Shown: piece by piece, positions 33,712-42,377 of the stretch
How the letters are laid out: each line of letters begins with the position of its first letter
Numbering within the stretch: position 1 is the first letter of the stretch
Assembly (NCBI GenBank): GCA_964357635.1
Contig: CAYHLZ010000003.1
Span: 1-42,377 of the forward strand
DNA length: 42,377 nt
Direction: 5' to 3'
Source of the DNA: an uncultured Candidatus Saccharibacteria bacterium
Lineage (GTDB): Bacteria; Patescibacteriota; Minisyncoccia; Phycocordibacterales; Zambryskibacteraceae
Program-made: the position numbers and the translations under genes
Notes under the pieces: generated by a model
The model's database searches: none
Seen by the model: only the letters and a program-made list of their open reading frames with translations
Told to the model about the DNA's origin: nothing

Positions 33712-34033
33712 AGGTATTGAGAGCTCCGTCTCTCATCTCTTCATATTCGGATTCAAAATCAATTGTGTTTAGATTATTTTTTATATCATTAAAACTATTT
33801 TTGAAAGCTTGAAGACTTGTTCCCAAATTAATACGTACGGATTCAAAAGGACTCACCTCTTCGTTCGCATTGTTAGAAAGATTAGCATCTGCGACTTGAC
33901 TACCGTCATTTCCAAAAAGTGTTAAAGACCAGATACCAAAGATAAAAAGAGTGACTGCTCCAGAAACTAGAAGCGCAAAACGGTTTTTGTGGTGGTCTGG
34001 TTTCTTATAAAGTTCGCTTAAGTACTTCCTCAT
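33701..34033 (-). CDS. Hypothetical single-pass membrane protein
   Basis: 110 aa with one TM segment ([22 protein letters not shown]). It overlaps the gyrA start by 11 nt. No family recognised. Confidence 0.45.
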   Translation of the reverse strand: MRKYLSELYKKPDHHKNRFALLVSGAVTLFIFGIWSLTLFGNDGSQVADANLSNNANEEVSPFESVRINLGTSLQAFKNSFNDIKNNLNTIDFESEYEEMRDGALNTYEQ

Positions 34034-34037
34034 ATAT

Positions 34038-34715
34038 TTATTCTTCTTTTAAAACAACTATTTCGCTTTCCTTTCCCTCAAGGTCTTTCTTTTTTACCAC
34101 AAATTTATCAATTGATTCCACCTTATCCCCACCTTCCTTTATAAATTTCTCTAAAGCTTGTTTGGTGTAATACATTGGAATAATAACACTTGGCTCAAGA
34201 GAAACAGCGAGTTTGTAACCAGAAACCGGGTCAAGAGTGCCAGAGACTCCAGCTGGCACAAAGAGAATATCTACATCCTCTATCGCTTCCAGAGTTTCAT
34301 CTGGTAACACAGGGTTTGAAAGTGCGCCGAGGAAACAAAGATTCATGCCTTCAAAGGATATGAGATATATTGTGTTTATTTTTTTGTCTGGTCCTTCAGA
34401 AAGAAAACCTTTTATAAAGACATCCTTAATCTCATACTCACCCGGACCTGTAATAACAAAAGATTCTTTGTCTCCACGAGAAGTCTGCTCTCGGCCGTTG
34501 AAATCAGGTAAGTTTGCCGTGATAAGAGTGATGTCGGCACCAAATCTTGGGGGTTTAAACTCGGAATCTTTTGATATTGGGTTAAGCGCCAAGGTGAGAT
34601 CGCCTTGAGAAATTTTAAAGCACTCAGCACCGTGATAACTGACTATCATTTCCCTCATTTTATCATAAATCACTTGCTTTTGCACGTGTTTTTTGTTAGC
34701 ATAATCCCCGTTCAT
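34038..34715 (-). CDS. MBL-fold (UPF0173-like) protein lacking the HxHxDH metal motif
   Basis: MIVSYHGAECFKISQGDLTLALNP resembles the N-terminus of MBL-fold hydrolases, but the expected HxHxDH position reads ITLITANLPDFNG. The true start may be Met20 or Met23 (34658 or 34649). Confidence 0.4.
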   Translation of the reverse strand: MNGDYANKKHVQKQVIYDKMREMIVSYHGAECFKISQGDLTLALNPISKDSEFKPPRFGADITLITANLPDFNGREQTSRGDKESFVITGPGEYEIKDVFIKGFLSEGPDKKINTIYLISFEGMNLCFLGALSNPVLPDETLEAIEDVDILFVPAGVSGTLDPVSGYKLAVSLEPSVIIPMYYTKQALEKFIKEGGDKVESIDKFVVKKKDLEGKESEIVVLKEE

Positions 34716-34766
34716 TATTAGTTCCCGTCTTCGTTATCCCTTACTCTCTGGCAAACATTCTTAAGA

Positions 34767-35864
34767 GTGAGGACCGAAAACGGCCAACACAATTTGACTA
34801 CAAACGACACCGAGGTTTTAACGTTCTTAACGAAGCTCCCCAACCCACCGTCCACGGACGACTTGGTGGAGGGGCCTGTTATAAGCATTGATAAAGGCGC
34901 AGTCTACATTGACCTGCCACCTTTTGGTACCGGTATTATCTACGGCCGAGAGTTTATAAACGCCCGAGACATTATTAAAAAGATTAATGTTGGCGACATT
35001 GTCGCTGGCAAGGTCGTTGGTATCGGAGGAAAAGAGGGTTATATAGAAATTTCGCTCAAGGAGGCTCGTCAAGCACTTATCTGGAGTGAGGCTGAAGTGG
35101 CGATACGAGAGAAAAGTGTTTTTGAGCTTCTAATCACAGACGCGAACAAGGGAGGACTTATCATCAACTGGCAAGGACTCTCTGGTTTTCTTCCAGCTTC
35201 TCAATTGAAGCCTGAACACTACCCACGCATTTCAGATGGTGATAAAGACAAGATTCTTGATGAATTGAAAAAACTGGTGGGGGAAAAGCTCCCAGTTACT
35301 ATTATTGGTGCTAATCCAAAAGAAGGTAAACTCATCTTCTCTGAAAAAAGTCCCGAAACAAAAGACAAAGAAAACATCGTGGCTAGATATGCTTTGGGTG
35401 ACGAGCTTTCTGGTGAAGTTACGGGTCTCGTAGACTTTGGAGTCTTCATAAAACTTGAAGAGGGACTAGAGGGCCTGGTGCACATTTCAGAAATTGATTG
35501 GGGACTGGTAGAGAATCCAAAAACTATGTTTAAGATAGGCGAGAAGGTGCGGGTAAAAGTCATTGAGATAAAAGACGACAAGATTTCCCTATCTATTAAA
35601 GCCTTGAAAGAAAACCCTTGGAGAGAGGCTGAAAAGAAATACAAGAAAGACGCCATTGTTGAAGGAGTTATCATCAAGTTCAACAAATATGGCGCTCTAG
35701 CTTCTATTGAAGAAGGTGTTGCTGGACTAGTTCATGTATCAGAATTCGGTTCGGAAGAGAAACTTCGAGAGAAATTAGAGATGGGTAAGGTTTACACCTT
35801 TAAGATAACTCTTTTTGATCCTAAGGAACAAAAGATGGCACTTGCATTCGTGGAGAAAAAGTAA
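34767..35864 (+). CDS. rpsA: 30S ribosomal protein S1 (four S1 domains)
   Basis: Repeated S1/OB motifs (G.V..I...G..V.L..G..G..H.SE). GTG start at 34767. Confidence 0.8.
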   Translation: MRTENGQHNLTTNDTEVLTFLTKLPNPPSTDDLVEGPVISIDKGAVYIDLPPFGTGIIYGREFINARDIIKKINVGDIVAGKVVGIGGKEGYIEISLKEARQALIWSEAEVAIREKSVFELLITDANKGGLIINWQGLSGFLPASQLKPEHYPRISDGDKDKILDELKKLVGEKLPVTIIGANPKEGKLIFSEKSPETKDKENIVARYALGDELSGEVTGLVDFGVFIKLEEGLEGLVHISEIDWGLVENPKTMFKIGEKVRVKVIEIKDDKISLSIKALKENPWREAEKKYKKDAIVEGVIIKFNKYGALASIEEGVAGLVHVSEFGSEEKLREKLEMGKVYTFKITLFDPKEQKMALAFVEKK

Positions 35865-35878
35865 CTCGTGCGAATTCG

Positions 35879-36403
35879 TTAGTTAAACTTATTCATCGCG
35901 ACATCTTTTCCTTCGGAAACTATCGTTTCTACTGCATCTAAAGCAGTTTTGAAAACTTTTTTTAAAGTTGCTTCTTCAGTAGCTCTAAATTTTCCTAAAA
36001 TAAAATCAAGGACTGCTTTCTCCCCTTTTGGTTTTCTAATTTTGCCGCCTGAAGTGGCTGGGGCAATGCCGATACGGAGACGAATGAAGTTTTCTGTCTT
36101 AAGGGCACGAATAATAGATTCGACTCCCCTGTGTCCGCCAGAGCTACGACTGTAAGATATTTTAAGAGAGCCCAATGGCAAATCTAAGTCGTCATAAATG
36201 ACAACCAATTTTTCTGCCTCCTTCTTACTTTTCACAAATTTAGCTACTCCGACCCCTGATTTGTTCATAAAGGTTGGAAGATATAAAAATTTTGCCTTTA
36301 TTTTTCCCGAGTCCTCAATGTAATCCTCCATCATCCGACCAACATTGTGTCGAGTGTGTGCGTACTCTGTTCCGGGATTGCCCAAACCTACAACGATATA
36401 CAT
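35879..36403 (-). CDS. pth: Peptidyl-tRNA hydrolase
   Basis: YIVVGLGNPGTEYAHTRHNVG N-terminal signature. Confidence 0.95.
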   Translation of the reverse strand: MYIVVGLGNPGTEYAHTRHNVGRMMEDYIEDSGKIKAKFLYLPTFMNKSGVGVAKFVKSKKEAEKLVVIYDDLDLPLGSLKISYSRSSGGHRGVESIIRALKTENFIRLRIGIAPATSGGKIRKPKGEKAVLDFILGKFRATEEATLKKVFKTALDAVETIVSEGKDVAMNKFN

Positions 36404-36450
36404 ATTGCTATTGTGTCAAATCAATTTAGATAATACAATCTTAGAAAATT

Positions 36451-37014
36451 ATGAATTCTAACTTTTGGAAAGAGCTCGTTAAACTAGTTTTCCTCTCCCT
36501 GGTCATTGTAGTGCCGTTCCGTCTATACGTAGCCCAGCCATTTGTCGTAGAAGGCGCTTCCATGGAGCCAACTTTTGATACTGGAGACTATTTAATCGTT
36601 GATGAACTTACTTATCACTGGAAAAGCCCAGAACGTGGCTCTGTTCTTATCTTTAAATACCCTAAAGATCCTAAGAAATCATTTATTAAACGCGTTATTG
36701 GCCTTCCCAATGAGACTGTTCTAATAACTAATGGTCAGGTTGTCATAGTAAACAACGAGAACCCAGAGGGTTTTGTTCTTGATGAGTCGTATGTAAAGTT
36801 TAGCAAAAAAGAAGATTTGAGTTATGTCCTAGGTGCAGATGAATACTTTGTGCTGGGAGATAACCGAGTGGCGTCTGCTGACTCGCGTGTCTGGGGTGCG
36901 GTGCCAGAGAAAAATATTATCGGCAGACCAGTTGTCCGTTTCTATCCCCCCGCATTACTTCCTGGAGATAGTTCCAATAACCCATTGTACGAAATAAATA
37001 TTATTACACGATGA
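36451..37014 (+). CDS. lepB: Signal peptidase I
   Basis: GASMEPTF (catalytic Ser), IKRVIGLPNE (catalytic Lys) and LGDNRVASADSR boxes. Confidence 0.95.
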   Translation: MNSNFWKELVKLVFLSLVIVVPFRLYVAQPFVVEGASMEPTFDTGDYLIVDELTYHWKSPERGSVLIFKYPKDPKKSFIKRVIGLPNETVLITNGQVVIVNNENPEGFVLDESYVKFSKKEDLSYVLGADEYFVLGDNRVASADSRVWGAVPEKNIIGRPVVRFYPPALLPGDSSNNPLYEINIITR

Positions 37015-38159
37015 TAAAACAAGGAGCTCAATTTGGTAAGTTGACTGAATTTGATAGAGCTCTTGTTATCGCATCTTACTTTGGCTTCATGCCGGTAGTC
37101 GCCCCAAAGATTACAAAAAATGATATTGAATTAACAAGAAACTGCGGAGACCACCCGCATTATGATGCGACAGAAAAAATGGCGGTTATGCGTAGCTATA
37201 TGGAACAAAATCTTCCTTCCACCACAGGCCCAGCTGCTCTTATCTACGAGAGACCCGCTTCAAGAAAAAAATTTGGTAGTCACGCGCTTCATTTTATTGG
37301 ATCAGTTTCTGGTATAGCAGAAGCGACGCTTATCAGAGCAACTCTTTCAATCCTTTCCGAAGAAGGATATAAAAATTTGAGAGTGGATCTTAATTGTATT
37401 GGCGACAGAGAATCAATAAATACTTATGAGCGAGAACTTCTAAACTATGTGCGCAAGTCGAGTGGCGACTTGTCAGATGAATTAAAGCAAAAAATAAAGG
37501 AAGATATTTTTAACTTGTTTAAATTAAATGAACCAGAAATTGTTCGTTTGGCTGAAACAGCCCCATCTTCAATTACATTTCTTTCTGCCCAGAGTCGTAC
37601 TTACTTCAAAGAAGTATTGGAATACATTGAGGCGTTAGGTATAGAGTTTCGACTTACACCAAAGCTTGTCGGTGAGAAAAATCATAGCTCCCACACTATT
37701 TTTGCTATCAAAAACATTGATAATGAGGACGAAAGTGCTCTGGCTGTTGGTTATCGTTATTCTCGCCTAGGACGCTACCTTGGACTAAGAAAGGAGGTTC
37801 CCATGGCTGGAGTAAACATTTTTGTGGCATCCCCAAGAGATGCCAAAAAACGTCTTTATAAAACTTTACCAAAACCAAAGTTTTACTTGATTCAACTCGG
37901 TAGAGAGGCAAAAATAAAAACCCTCACCCTTATAGAACTTCTACGCTCTCACCGAATACCCCTCCACCACTACCTTGGTAAAGATAAGATCGCAGCTCAA
38001 CTTGCCAATGCAGAAGCCTTGCGTGTTCCCTACCTCATTATCATTGGACAAAAAGAAGCTTTGGAAAACACTGCCACGGTCAGAAACATCTCTACACGTG
38101 CTCAAGACACCATAAGCATCGCCAATCTGCCCAACTATCTAAAAAATATTGCTCTCTAG
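37011..38159 (+). CDS. Histidyl-tRNA-synthetase-like protein with eroded catalytic motifs
   Basis: The C-terminal class IIa anticodon-binding domain is good (VPYLIIIGQKEALENTATVRN). The core motifs are degenerate: LIYERPASRKKFGSHALHFIG, GEKNHSS where RGLDYY is expected, and GYRYS where GGRYD is expected. Confidence 0.55.
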   Translation: MIKQGAQFGKLTEFDRALVIASYFGFMPVVAPKITKNDIELTRNCGDHPHYDATEKMAVMRSYMEQNLPSTTGPAALIYERPASRKKFGSHALHFIGSVSGIAEATLIRATLSILSEEGYKNLRVDLNCIGDRESINTYERELLNYVRKSSGDLSDELKQKIKEDIFNLFKLNEPEIVRLAETAPSSITFLSAQSRTYFKEVLEYIEALGIEFRLTPKLVGEKNHSSHTIFAIKNIDNEDESALAVGYRYSRLGRYLGLRKEVPMAGVNIFVASPRDAKKRLYKTLPKPKFYLIQLGREAKIKTLTLIELLRSHRIPLHHYLGKDKIAAQLANAEALRVPYLIIIGQKEALENTATVRNISTRAQDTISIANLPNYLKNIAL

Positions 38160-38219
38160 GATTTAAATAAAACTTTGGATTTGCCCAAGGCGGGCGTCTG
38201 TGTTAAAGTGCCATGCGTA

Positions 38220-38477
38220 ATGCAGTCATCAGTTAATATAGAAGTCGTTAAAGGAGCTAACGAAAACAACCTCAGCATCTTGAGGCGCTTTACCAAGCGT
38301 GTTCAGGCAGCTGGAGTCTTGCCTCGTGTCAGAGCCAAGCGCTACACTCAACGCACTCCTTCCAAAAACACCCGCCGAGCAAAAACTGTTGTTCATCTAA
38401 AAAAGAAGGCAGTAACTACAGAATTAATTCGTCTTGGCAAACTAAGTGAGGTCAGCAAATTTACTCGTCGTCGCTAA
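38220..38477 (+). CDS. rpsU: 30S ribosomal protein bS21
   Basis: Small basic protein; LRRFTKRVQAAGVLPRVRAKRYTQRTPSKNTRRAK resembles bS21. Start placed at ATG 38220. Confidence 0.7.
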   Translation: MQSSVNIEVVKGANENNLSILRRFTKRVQAAGVLPRVRAKRYTQRTPSKNTRRAKTVVHLKKKAVTTELIRLGKLSEVSKFTRRR

Positions 38478-38478
38478 A

Positions 38479-38880
38479 ATGAAAAGAGTTGGAGGCCACC
38501 TACCGAGAGGCAGGTTTTCTATACCGTTTACAAAATTGAAGAATCAAGTCTTCGGTAAAAGTTTTGAACTTTCTTTAGTTTTTGTTGACAGTAGTTTCTC
38601 GCGCCGTCTTAACAGAAAATATCGTGGGAAAAATAAACCTGCGAACATATTAAGTTTTCCTTTATCAAAAAAATCTGGAGAAATTTTTATTGACTTAGTC
38701 ACCGCAAAGAAAGATGCTAAAAAATTTCAAATGTCATTCAAAGATTTCGTTACACTCCTCTTTATCCACGGTTTACTCCATTTGAAAGGAATGAGACACG
38801 GGGATACAATGGAGCGGAGAGAGAAAAAATTATTACATGGCGCGTCAAATCTCGGTCGGTATAGACATAGGAACTTCTGA
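38479..38880 (+). CDS. ybeY: Endoribonuclease YbeY
   Basis: HGLLHLKGMRH zinc motif with H-x3-H-x5-H spacing. Start at ATG 38479. The 3' end overlaps ftsA by 44 nt. Confidence 0.85.
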   Translation: MKRVGGHLPRGRFSIPFTKLKNQVFGKSFELSLVFVDSSFSRRLNRKYRGKNKPANILSFPLSKKSGEIFIDLVTAKKDAKKFQMSFKDFVTLLFIHGLLHLKGMRHGDTMERREKKLLHGASNLGRYRHRNF

Positions 38881-40039
38881 AGTCAAGGTGGTTATCGCCG
38901 AAGAGGTTCTTGATGCAGGAAAAATGACAGCAAGGATTATTGGCACGGGTTCTTCTGAATCTAAGGGGGTTTACCGTGGCTACGTTACCAACACCAGCGA
39001 GGCCGCGAGAAGTGTAGAGATAGCCCTCCGAAAAGCAGAGAAGTTGGCTTCACTTAAGGTTAGACGGGCTTATGTCTCTTTTGACGGTATAGGGCTTGGT
39101 AGCGTGGTGGCAAACGGTTCTGTGATTATATCTAGAGCTGATCTTGAGATTACCGAGAAGGACCTTAGCTTGGCCCTTGAGGCAGCAGAGGCTCTTATCC
39201 CGCCCGCCTTTTCAATAAACAGAAGAATTATCAATACCATTCCTATTGAATACAAAATAGATGGCAAAACAGTCTGGGGACAAGCGCTCGGTCTAAAGGC
39301 TCAAAAACTTGAGGTAAAAGCCCTTTTTATTACTTGTCTTGAGAACCATTTGGCCGACCTCATTAGCACCATAGAAGAAACAGGGATAGAGGTCGCAGAC
39401 GTGGTGGCCGCACCCGTAGCAGCAAGTTTTGTGACCCTTTCAAAGAAGCAGAAACGAGCAGGATGCCTACTTGCCGACATTGGAGCAGAAACAACTTCAA
39501 TAGTTGTCTTTGAAAATAGTAACCTCATATCACTTGAAGTCTTTCCTATAGGTGGAAACGATATTACTAACGATATTGCCCTTGGTTTGAAGGTTTCTCC
39601 AGAAAACGCCGAGGAATTAAAAATTGGTAATGACAGAGGATTGACTTATCCAAGAAAAAAACTTGAAGAAATAGTGTCAGCGCGGCTCAAGGATTGTTTT
39701 GAACTCATTGAAACACATTTGAAATCAATTGGCAGGAATGCTCTCTTACCTGCGGGTATCATCATTGCAGGAGGTGGTGCTGCTACAACTGGTATAAAAA
39801 CTATTGCCGAAAATTCTCTCAAGCTTCCATCTCAAATTGCAGAAGTTTATTTTGGTGATGCTGCAGAGGGTAAAATAAAAAACAGAACATGGGCTGTAGC
39901 GTGCGGGCTCTCAATCGTTGGGTTCAATGCATCTGAAGAACAAAGCTCTGTGGGTATCCGAGGTAGCTCTCTTATCAGAGAGGGTGGTAAGCGCTGGGGG
40001 AAAAATTTGTCGCGCTGGTTTTCACAATTTTTACCCTAA
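38837..40039 (+). CDS. ftsA: Cell division protein FtsA
   Basis: Actin-fold phosphate motifs (VGIDIGTSEVKV, DIGAETTSIVVF) and a position immediately upstream of ftsZ. Confidence 0.85.
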   Translation: MARQISVGIDIGTSEVKVVIAEEVLDAGKMTARIIGTGSSESKGVYRGYVTNTSEAARSVEIALRKAEKLASLKVRRAYVSFDGIGLGSVVANGSVIISRADLEITEKDLSLALEAAEALIPPAFSINRRIINTIPIEYKIDGKTVWGQALGLKAQKLEVKALFITCLENHLADLISTIEETGIEVADVVAAPVAASFVTLSKKQKRAGCLLADIGAETTSIVVFENSNLISLEVFPIGGNDITNDIALGLKVSPENAEELKIGNDRGLTYPRKKLEEIVSARLKDCFELIETHLKSIGRNALLPAGIIIAGGGAATTGIKTIAENSLKLPSQIAEVYFGDAAEGKIKNRTWAVACGLSIVGFNASEEQSSVGIRGSSLIREGGKRWGKNLSRWFSQFLP

Positions 40040-40063
40040 AAAATTTGATACGTATCAAATTTT
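40040..40063. repeat. Perfect 24-bp palindrome AAAATTTGATAC|GTATCAAATTTT between ftsA and ftsZ
   Basis: It begins at the nucleotide after the ftsA stop codon and lies 115 nt upstream of the ftsZ ATG. Confidence 0.9.
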
Positions 40064-40178
40064 CGGACGAACTAAAAGTTTTAGCCATAAAACAAGGAAA
40101 CGTTCAGTAATCTAAGTCAACTACTTTTCTTTTCTGCGCCCTCTGGTAGTATGGGCGCATCTAATTTAATTTAAGAGC

Positions 40179-41372
40179 ATGCCACAAATAAAACCAGAGG
40201 TAGAATCCTTCGCCAGAATCAAGGTCATAGGTATCGGCGGTTCAGGGGGAAACACGGTTAACCATATGATTAATTCAAAGGTTAGGGGGGTTGATTTCGT
40301 CGCGACCAATACTGACGTCCAAGACCTTCACCATTCCCTCGCAAAAAAGAGGATTCATATAGGTAAAAACCTGACTCGTGGTCTTGGTACTGGCATGAAT
40401 CCAGAACTCGGTAAGCGCGCCGTTGAAGAGACAAAAGAGGAGATTCAAGAAGCTATCAAGGGTGCTGACATGGTCTTTCTCACTTGTGGTATGGGTGGTG
40501 GTACCGGTACTGGAGCTGCTCCCATCATAGCTAGAACCGCCAAAGAGAATGGCTGTCTTACCGTGGCAGTTGTCACTAAACCATTTTCCTTTGAAGGAGT
40601 GCAGAGAATGAAAATAGCGGAGGTTGGTATAGAAGAACTCAAACAAACAGTTGATGCTCTAATCATTATTCCCAACGACCGCCTACTTCAAACAGTTGAT
40701 AAAAGTATTACTGCTAAGAACGCTTTTGCAATTTGCGACAACATTCTTAAAGAAGCTGTTGAAGGTATTTCAGACATCATCACTACCCCAGGCATCATAA
40801 ACATAGACTTTGCTGACATCCGTTCTGTTATGGAAAATGCTGGTGCTGCCCTTATGGGCATCGGCTCTGCTTCTGGTGATAACCGCGCTGTAGAGGCTGC
40901 CAAGGCCGCCATTAGTTCTCCTCTTCTTGAAATCTCTATCAATGGTGCCAAGGGCGTTCTCTTCTCAATAGCTGGCGGAGATGATGTCACAATGTTTGAA
41001 ATCCAAGATGCAGCGAAGATTATTACAGAATCTGTTGATCCTAATGCCAAGATTATCTTCGGCACAGTTAGAAACGACAAACTCAAGAAAGGTGAACTCA
41101 AAATTACTGTTATTGCCGCAAACTTTTCCGACAATTACACAAGAAAAGGTGCTTCCCTCTTCCAAACTTTCGGCGGTGATGATGAACGAGAAAGTAAGGG
41201 CAAGATTTTCCATAGTCTATCTCCACAACACAAAGAGGCTTCAAAACCAGTTTCAATGGTAGGCAGTGAGAAGAAAATGGAAGGCAAGCAAACTCCTCCA
41301 CCACCCATAGAAGATAACGACGATGACTGGTCTGCTGTGCCCGCATTTCTCAGACGTTCAAAATTAAAGTAA
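40179..41372 (+). CDS. ftsZ: Cell division protein FtsZ
   Basis: Tubulin signature [10 protein letters not shown] and a C-terminal conserved peptide ([13 protein letters not shown]). Confidence 0.97.
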   Translation: MPQIKPEVESFARIKVIGIGGSGGNTVNHMINSKVRGVDFVATNTDVQDLHHSLAKKRIHIGKNLTRGLGTGMNPELGKRAVEETKEEIQEAIKGADMVFLTCGMGGGTGTGAAPIIARTAKENGCLTVAVVTKPFSFEGVQRMKIAEVGIEELKQTVDALIIIPNDRLLQTVDKSITAKNAFAICDNILKEAVEGISDIITTPGIINIDFADIRSVMENAGAALMGIGSASGDNRAVEAAKAAISSPLLEISINGAKGVLFSIAGGDDVTMFEIQDAAKIITESVDPNAKIIFGTVRNDKLKKGELKITVIAANFSDNYTRKGASLFQTFGGDDERESKGKIFHSLSPQHKEASKPVSMVGSEKKMEGKQTPPPPIEDNDDDWSAVPAFLRRSKLK

Positions 41373-41381
41373 GATAACTAG

Positions 41382-42296
41382 ATGTTTGATTTGGTCATTA
41401 TCGGCGGTGGTCCCGCTGGCGTCTCTGCTGGTGTTTACGCAGCACGCAAACAACTTAAAACTCTTTTTATCACAGAAACCTTTGGTGGTCAGAGCACTGA
41501 CTCTATGGGTATTGAAAACTGGATTGGGACAAAAAAAATTACTGGTCCAGACTTTGGGAAAGTTCTAGAAGAGCACCTGCGCGCATATGCAGGCAAGTTC
41601 CTAGAAATAAAGACTGGAGAGAGAGTCACAAACATTTCAAAACCGGACAGCAATTTTAAAATAGAAACTGACCGCAATTCCTATACGAGTAAAACTGTTC
41701 TTATTACAACAGGTAGCACCAGAAAGAAACTTGATGTAAAAGGAGCTAAGGAGTTTGAAAACAAGGGTATAACCTATTGCGCTTCTTGTGACGGGCCTCT
41801 TTTTGCCGACCAAGATGTGGCGGTCATTGGCGGAGGTAACGCCGCTTTTGAGACTGCTGCCCAGCTCCTTGCTTATGCAAAATCAGTCACTCTTATAAAT
41901 AGGAGCAATGAATTTAAAGCTGATGAAATGACGGTTGAGAAAGTACTTTCTCATAAAAACATGAGTGTGATAAAGAACGCAACACTCAAAGAGATCAAAG
42001 GTGACAAGTTTGTGACTTCCTTGGTTTGTGAAGAAAATGGTAAAGAAAAAGAAGTGAAAGTATCAGGCATTTTTGTTGAGATTGGTCTAATGCCCACCAC
42101 AAGTTTTGTAAGTAAGTTAATTGATTTGAATAAATACGGGCAAGTTCCGGTTGATCCGAGAAATCAAAGGACCAAACTAGACGGTCTCTGGGCTGCAGGA
42201 GACTCAACCGATGGACTCTTCCATCAAAACAACATAGCCGCCGGAGATGCTGTTAAAGCACTTGAGGATATCTATCTATACCTACACGCCAAGTAA
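41382..42296 (+). CDS. trxB: Thioredoxin-disulfide reductase
   Basis: GGGPAG FAD motif, redox-active CASC and GGGNAA NADPH motif. Confidence 0.9.
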   Translation: MFDLVIIGGGPAGVSAGVYAARKQLKTLFITETFGGQSTDSMGIENWIGTKKITGPDFGKVLEEHLRAYAGKFLEIKTGERVTNISKPDSNFKIETDRNSYTSKTVLITTGSTRKKLDVKGAKEFENKGITYCASCDGPLFADQDVAVIGGGNAAFETAAQLLAYAKSVTLINRSNEFKADEMTVEKVLSHKNMSVIKNATLKEIKGDKFVTSLVCEENGKEKEVKVSGIFVEIGLMPTTSFVSKLIDLNKYGQVPVDPRNQRTKLDGLWAAGDSTDGLFHQNNIAAGDAVKALEDIYLYLHAK

Positions 42297-42302
42297 GCTC
42301 TC

Positions 42303-42377
42303 TGGTGCGCGATAGAGGACTTGAACCTCTGACCCTCCCCACGTCAAGGGGATGCTCTACCAACTGAGCTAACCGCG
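42303..42377 (-). tRNA. tRNA-Val (anticodon GAC), genomically encoded CCA, 5' end cut by window edge (1 nt missing)
   Basis: The reverse complement folds by hand into a cloverleaf. D arm GCTC/GAGC, anticodon stem TCCCC/GGGGA with loop TTGACGT, T arm AGAGG-TTCAAGT-CCTCT, and acceptor 3' ATCGCGC-A-CCA. Confidence 0.9.

Noticed and set aside
35219-35686. 155-aa minus-strand ORF over rpsA
   Set aside because: It is an antisense shadow of the repetitive S1-domain gene.
38837-38880. The 44-nt ybeY/ftsA overlap as a possible frameshift or fusion
   Set aside because: Both frames are complete, with proper start and stop codons and full-length domains. Overlaps are common in this compact genome.
40688-41134. 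148-aa minus-strand ORF over ftsZ
   Set aside because: It is antisense to an unambiguous FtsZ CDS.
1-42377. CRISPR arrays, rRNA genes, IS elements and alternative genetic code
   Set aside because: No regularly spaced direct repeats, rRNA-like stretches or transposase ORFs were seen. Long uninterrupted ORFs with standard stop codons argue for the standard bacterial code and against UGA recoding.

Overview
This 42.4-kb window is a gene-dense chromosomal segment from a low-GC bacterium. My hand counts on 100-nt samples give 37% G+C in lysS and 43% in the pilin-like array. Several housekeeping proteins have lost domains: a hinge-less SMC, ThrRS and ProRS without editing domains, and very short MreD and HolB-like proteins. 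Backbone genes also mostly lack Shine-Dalgarno sequences. Together this fits a small-genome Patescibacteria/CPR-type organism, which is an inference and not something shown by the sequence. Backbone genes in order: ABC-2 exporter pair, rnr, smc, rnc, a nusB-Nudix fusion, rpmF, rnhB, dnaE, thrS, lysS, greA, mrdA-mreD-mreC-mreB, proS, rseP, frr, holB-like, FKBP PPIase, LOG-family, PCD, gyrA, rpsA, pth, lepB, a degenerate HisRS-like gene, rpsU, ybeY, ftsA, ftsZ, trxB and a tRNA-Val(GAC) cut by the window edge. Three accessory parts stand out. (i) At 7.6-8.2 kb there is a single-gene cassette at about 62% GC encoding a divergent Nudix-like protein, with its own consensus promoter, AGGAGG ribosome-binding site and terminator. 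(ii) At 24.0-27.3 kb there is a three-gene island at about 50-53% GC, and each gene has its own promoter. It encodes an unknown 172-aa protein, a membrane SPFH/Band-7-like protein and a 3-TM-anchored lysozyme-like lytic transglycosylase. (iii) Directly next to it, at 27.3-31.2 kb, is an operon for a membrane-anchored solute-binding-protein-like gene followed by seven tandem genes for small VirB2/TrbC-like two-TM proteins from two sequence families. No secretion or pilus ATPase or channel gene lies anywhere in the window. Parts (ii) and (iii) together are my best candidate for an undescribed envelope or cell-surface system. I found no rRNA, CRISPR array, transposase or integrase. All functional calls rest on motif recognition by eye, because no database search was possible.
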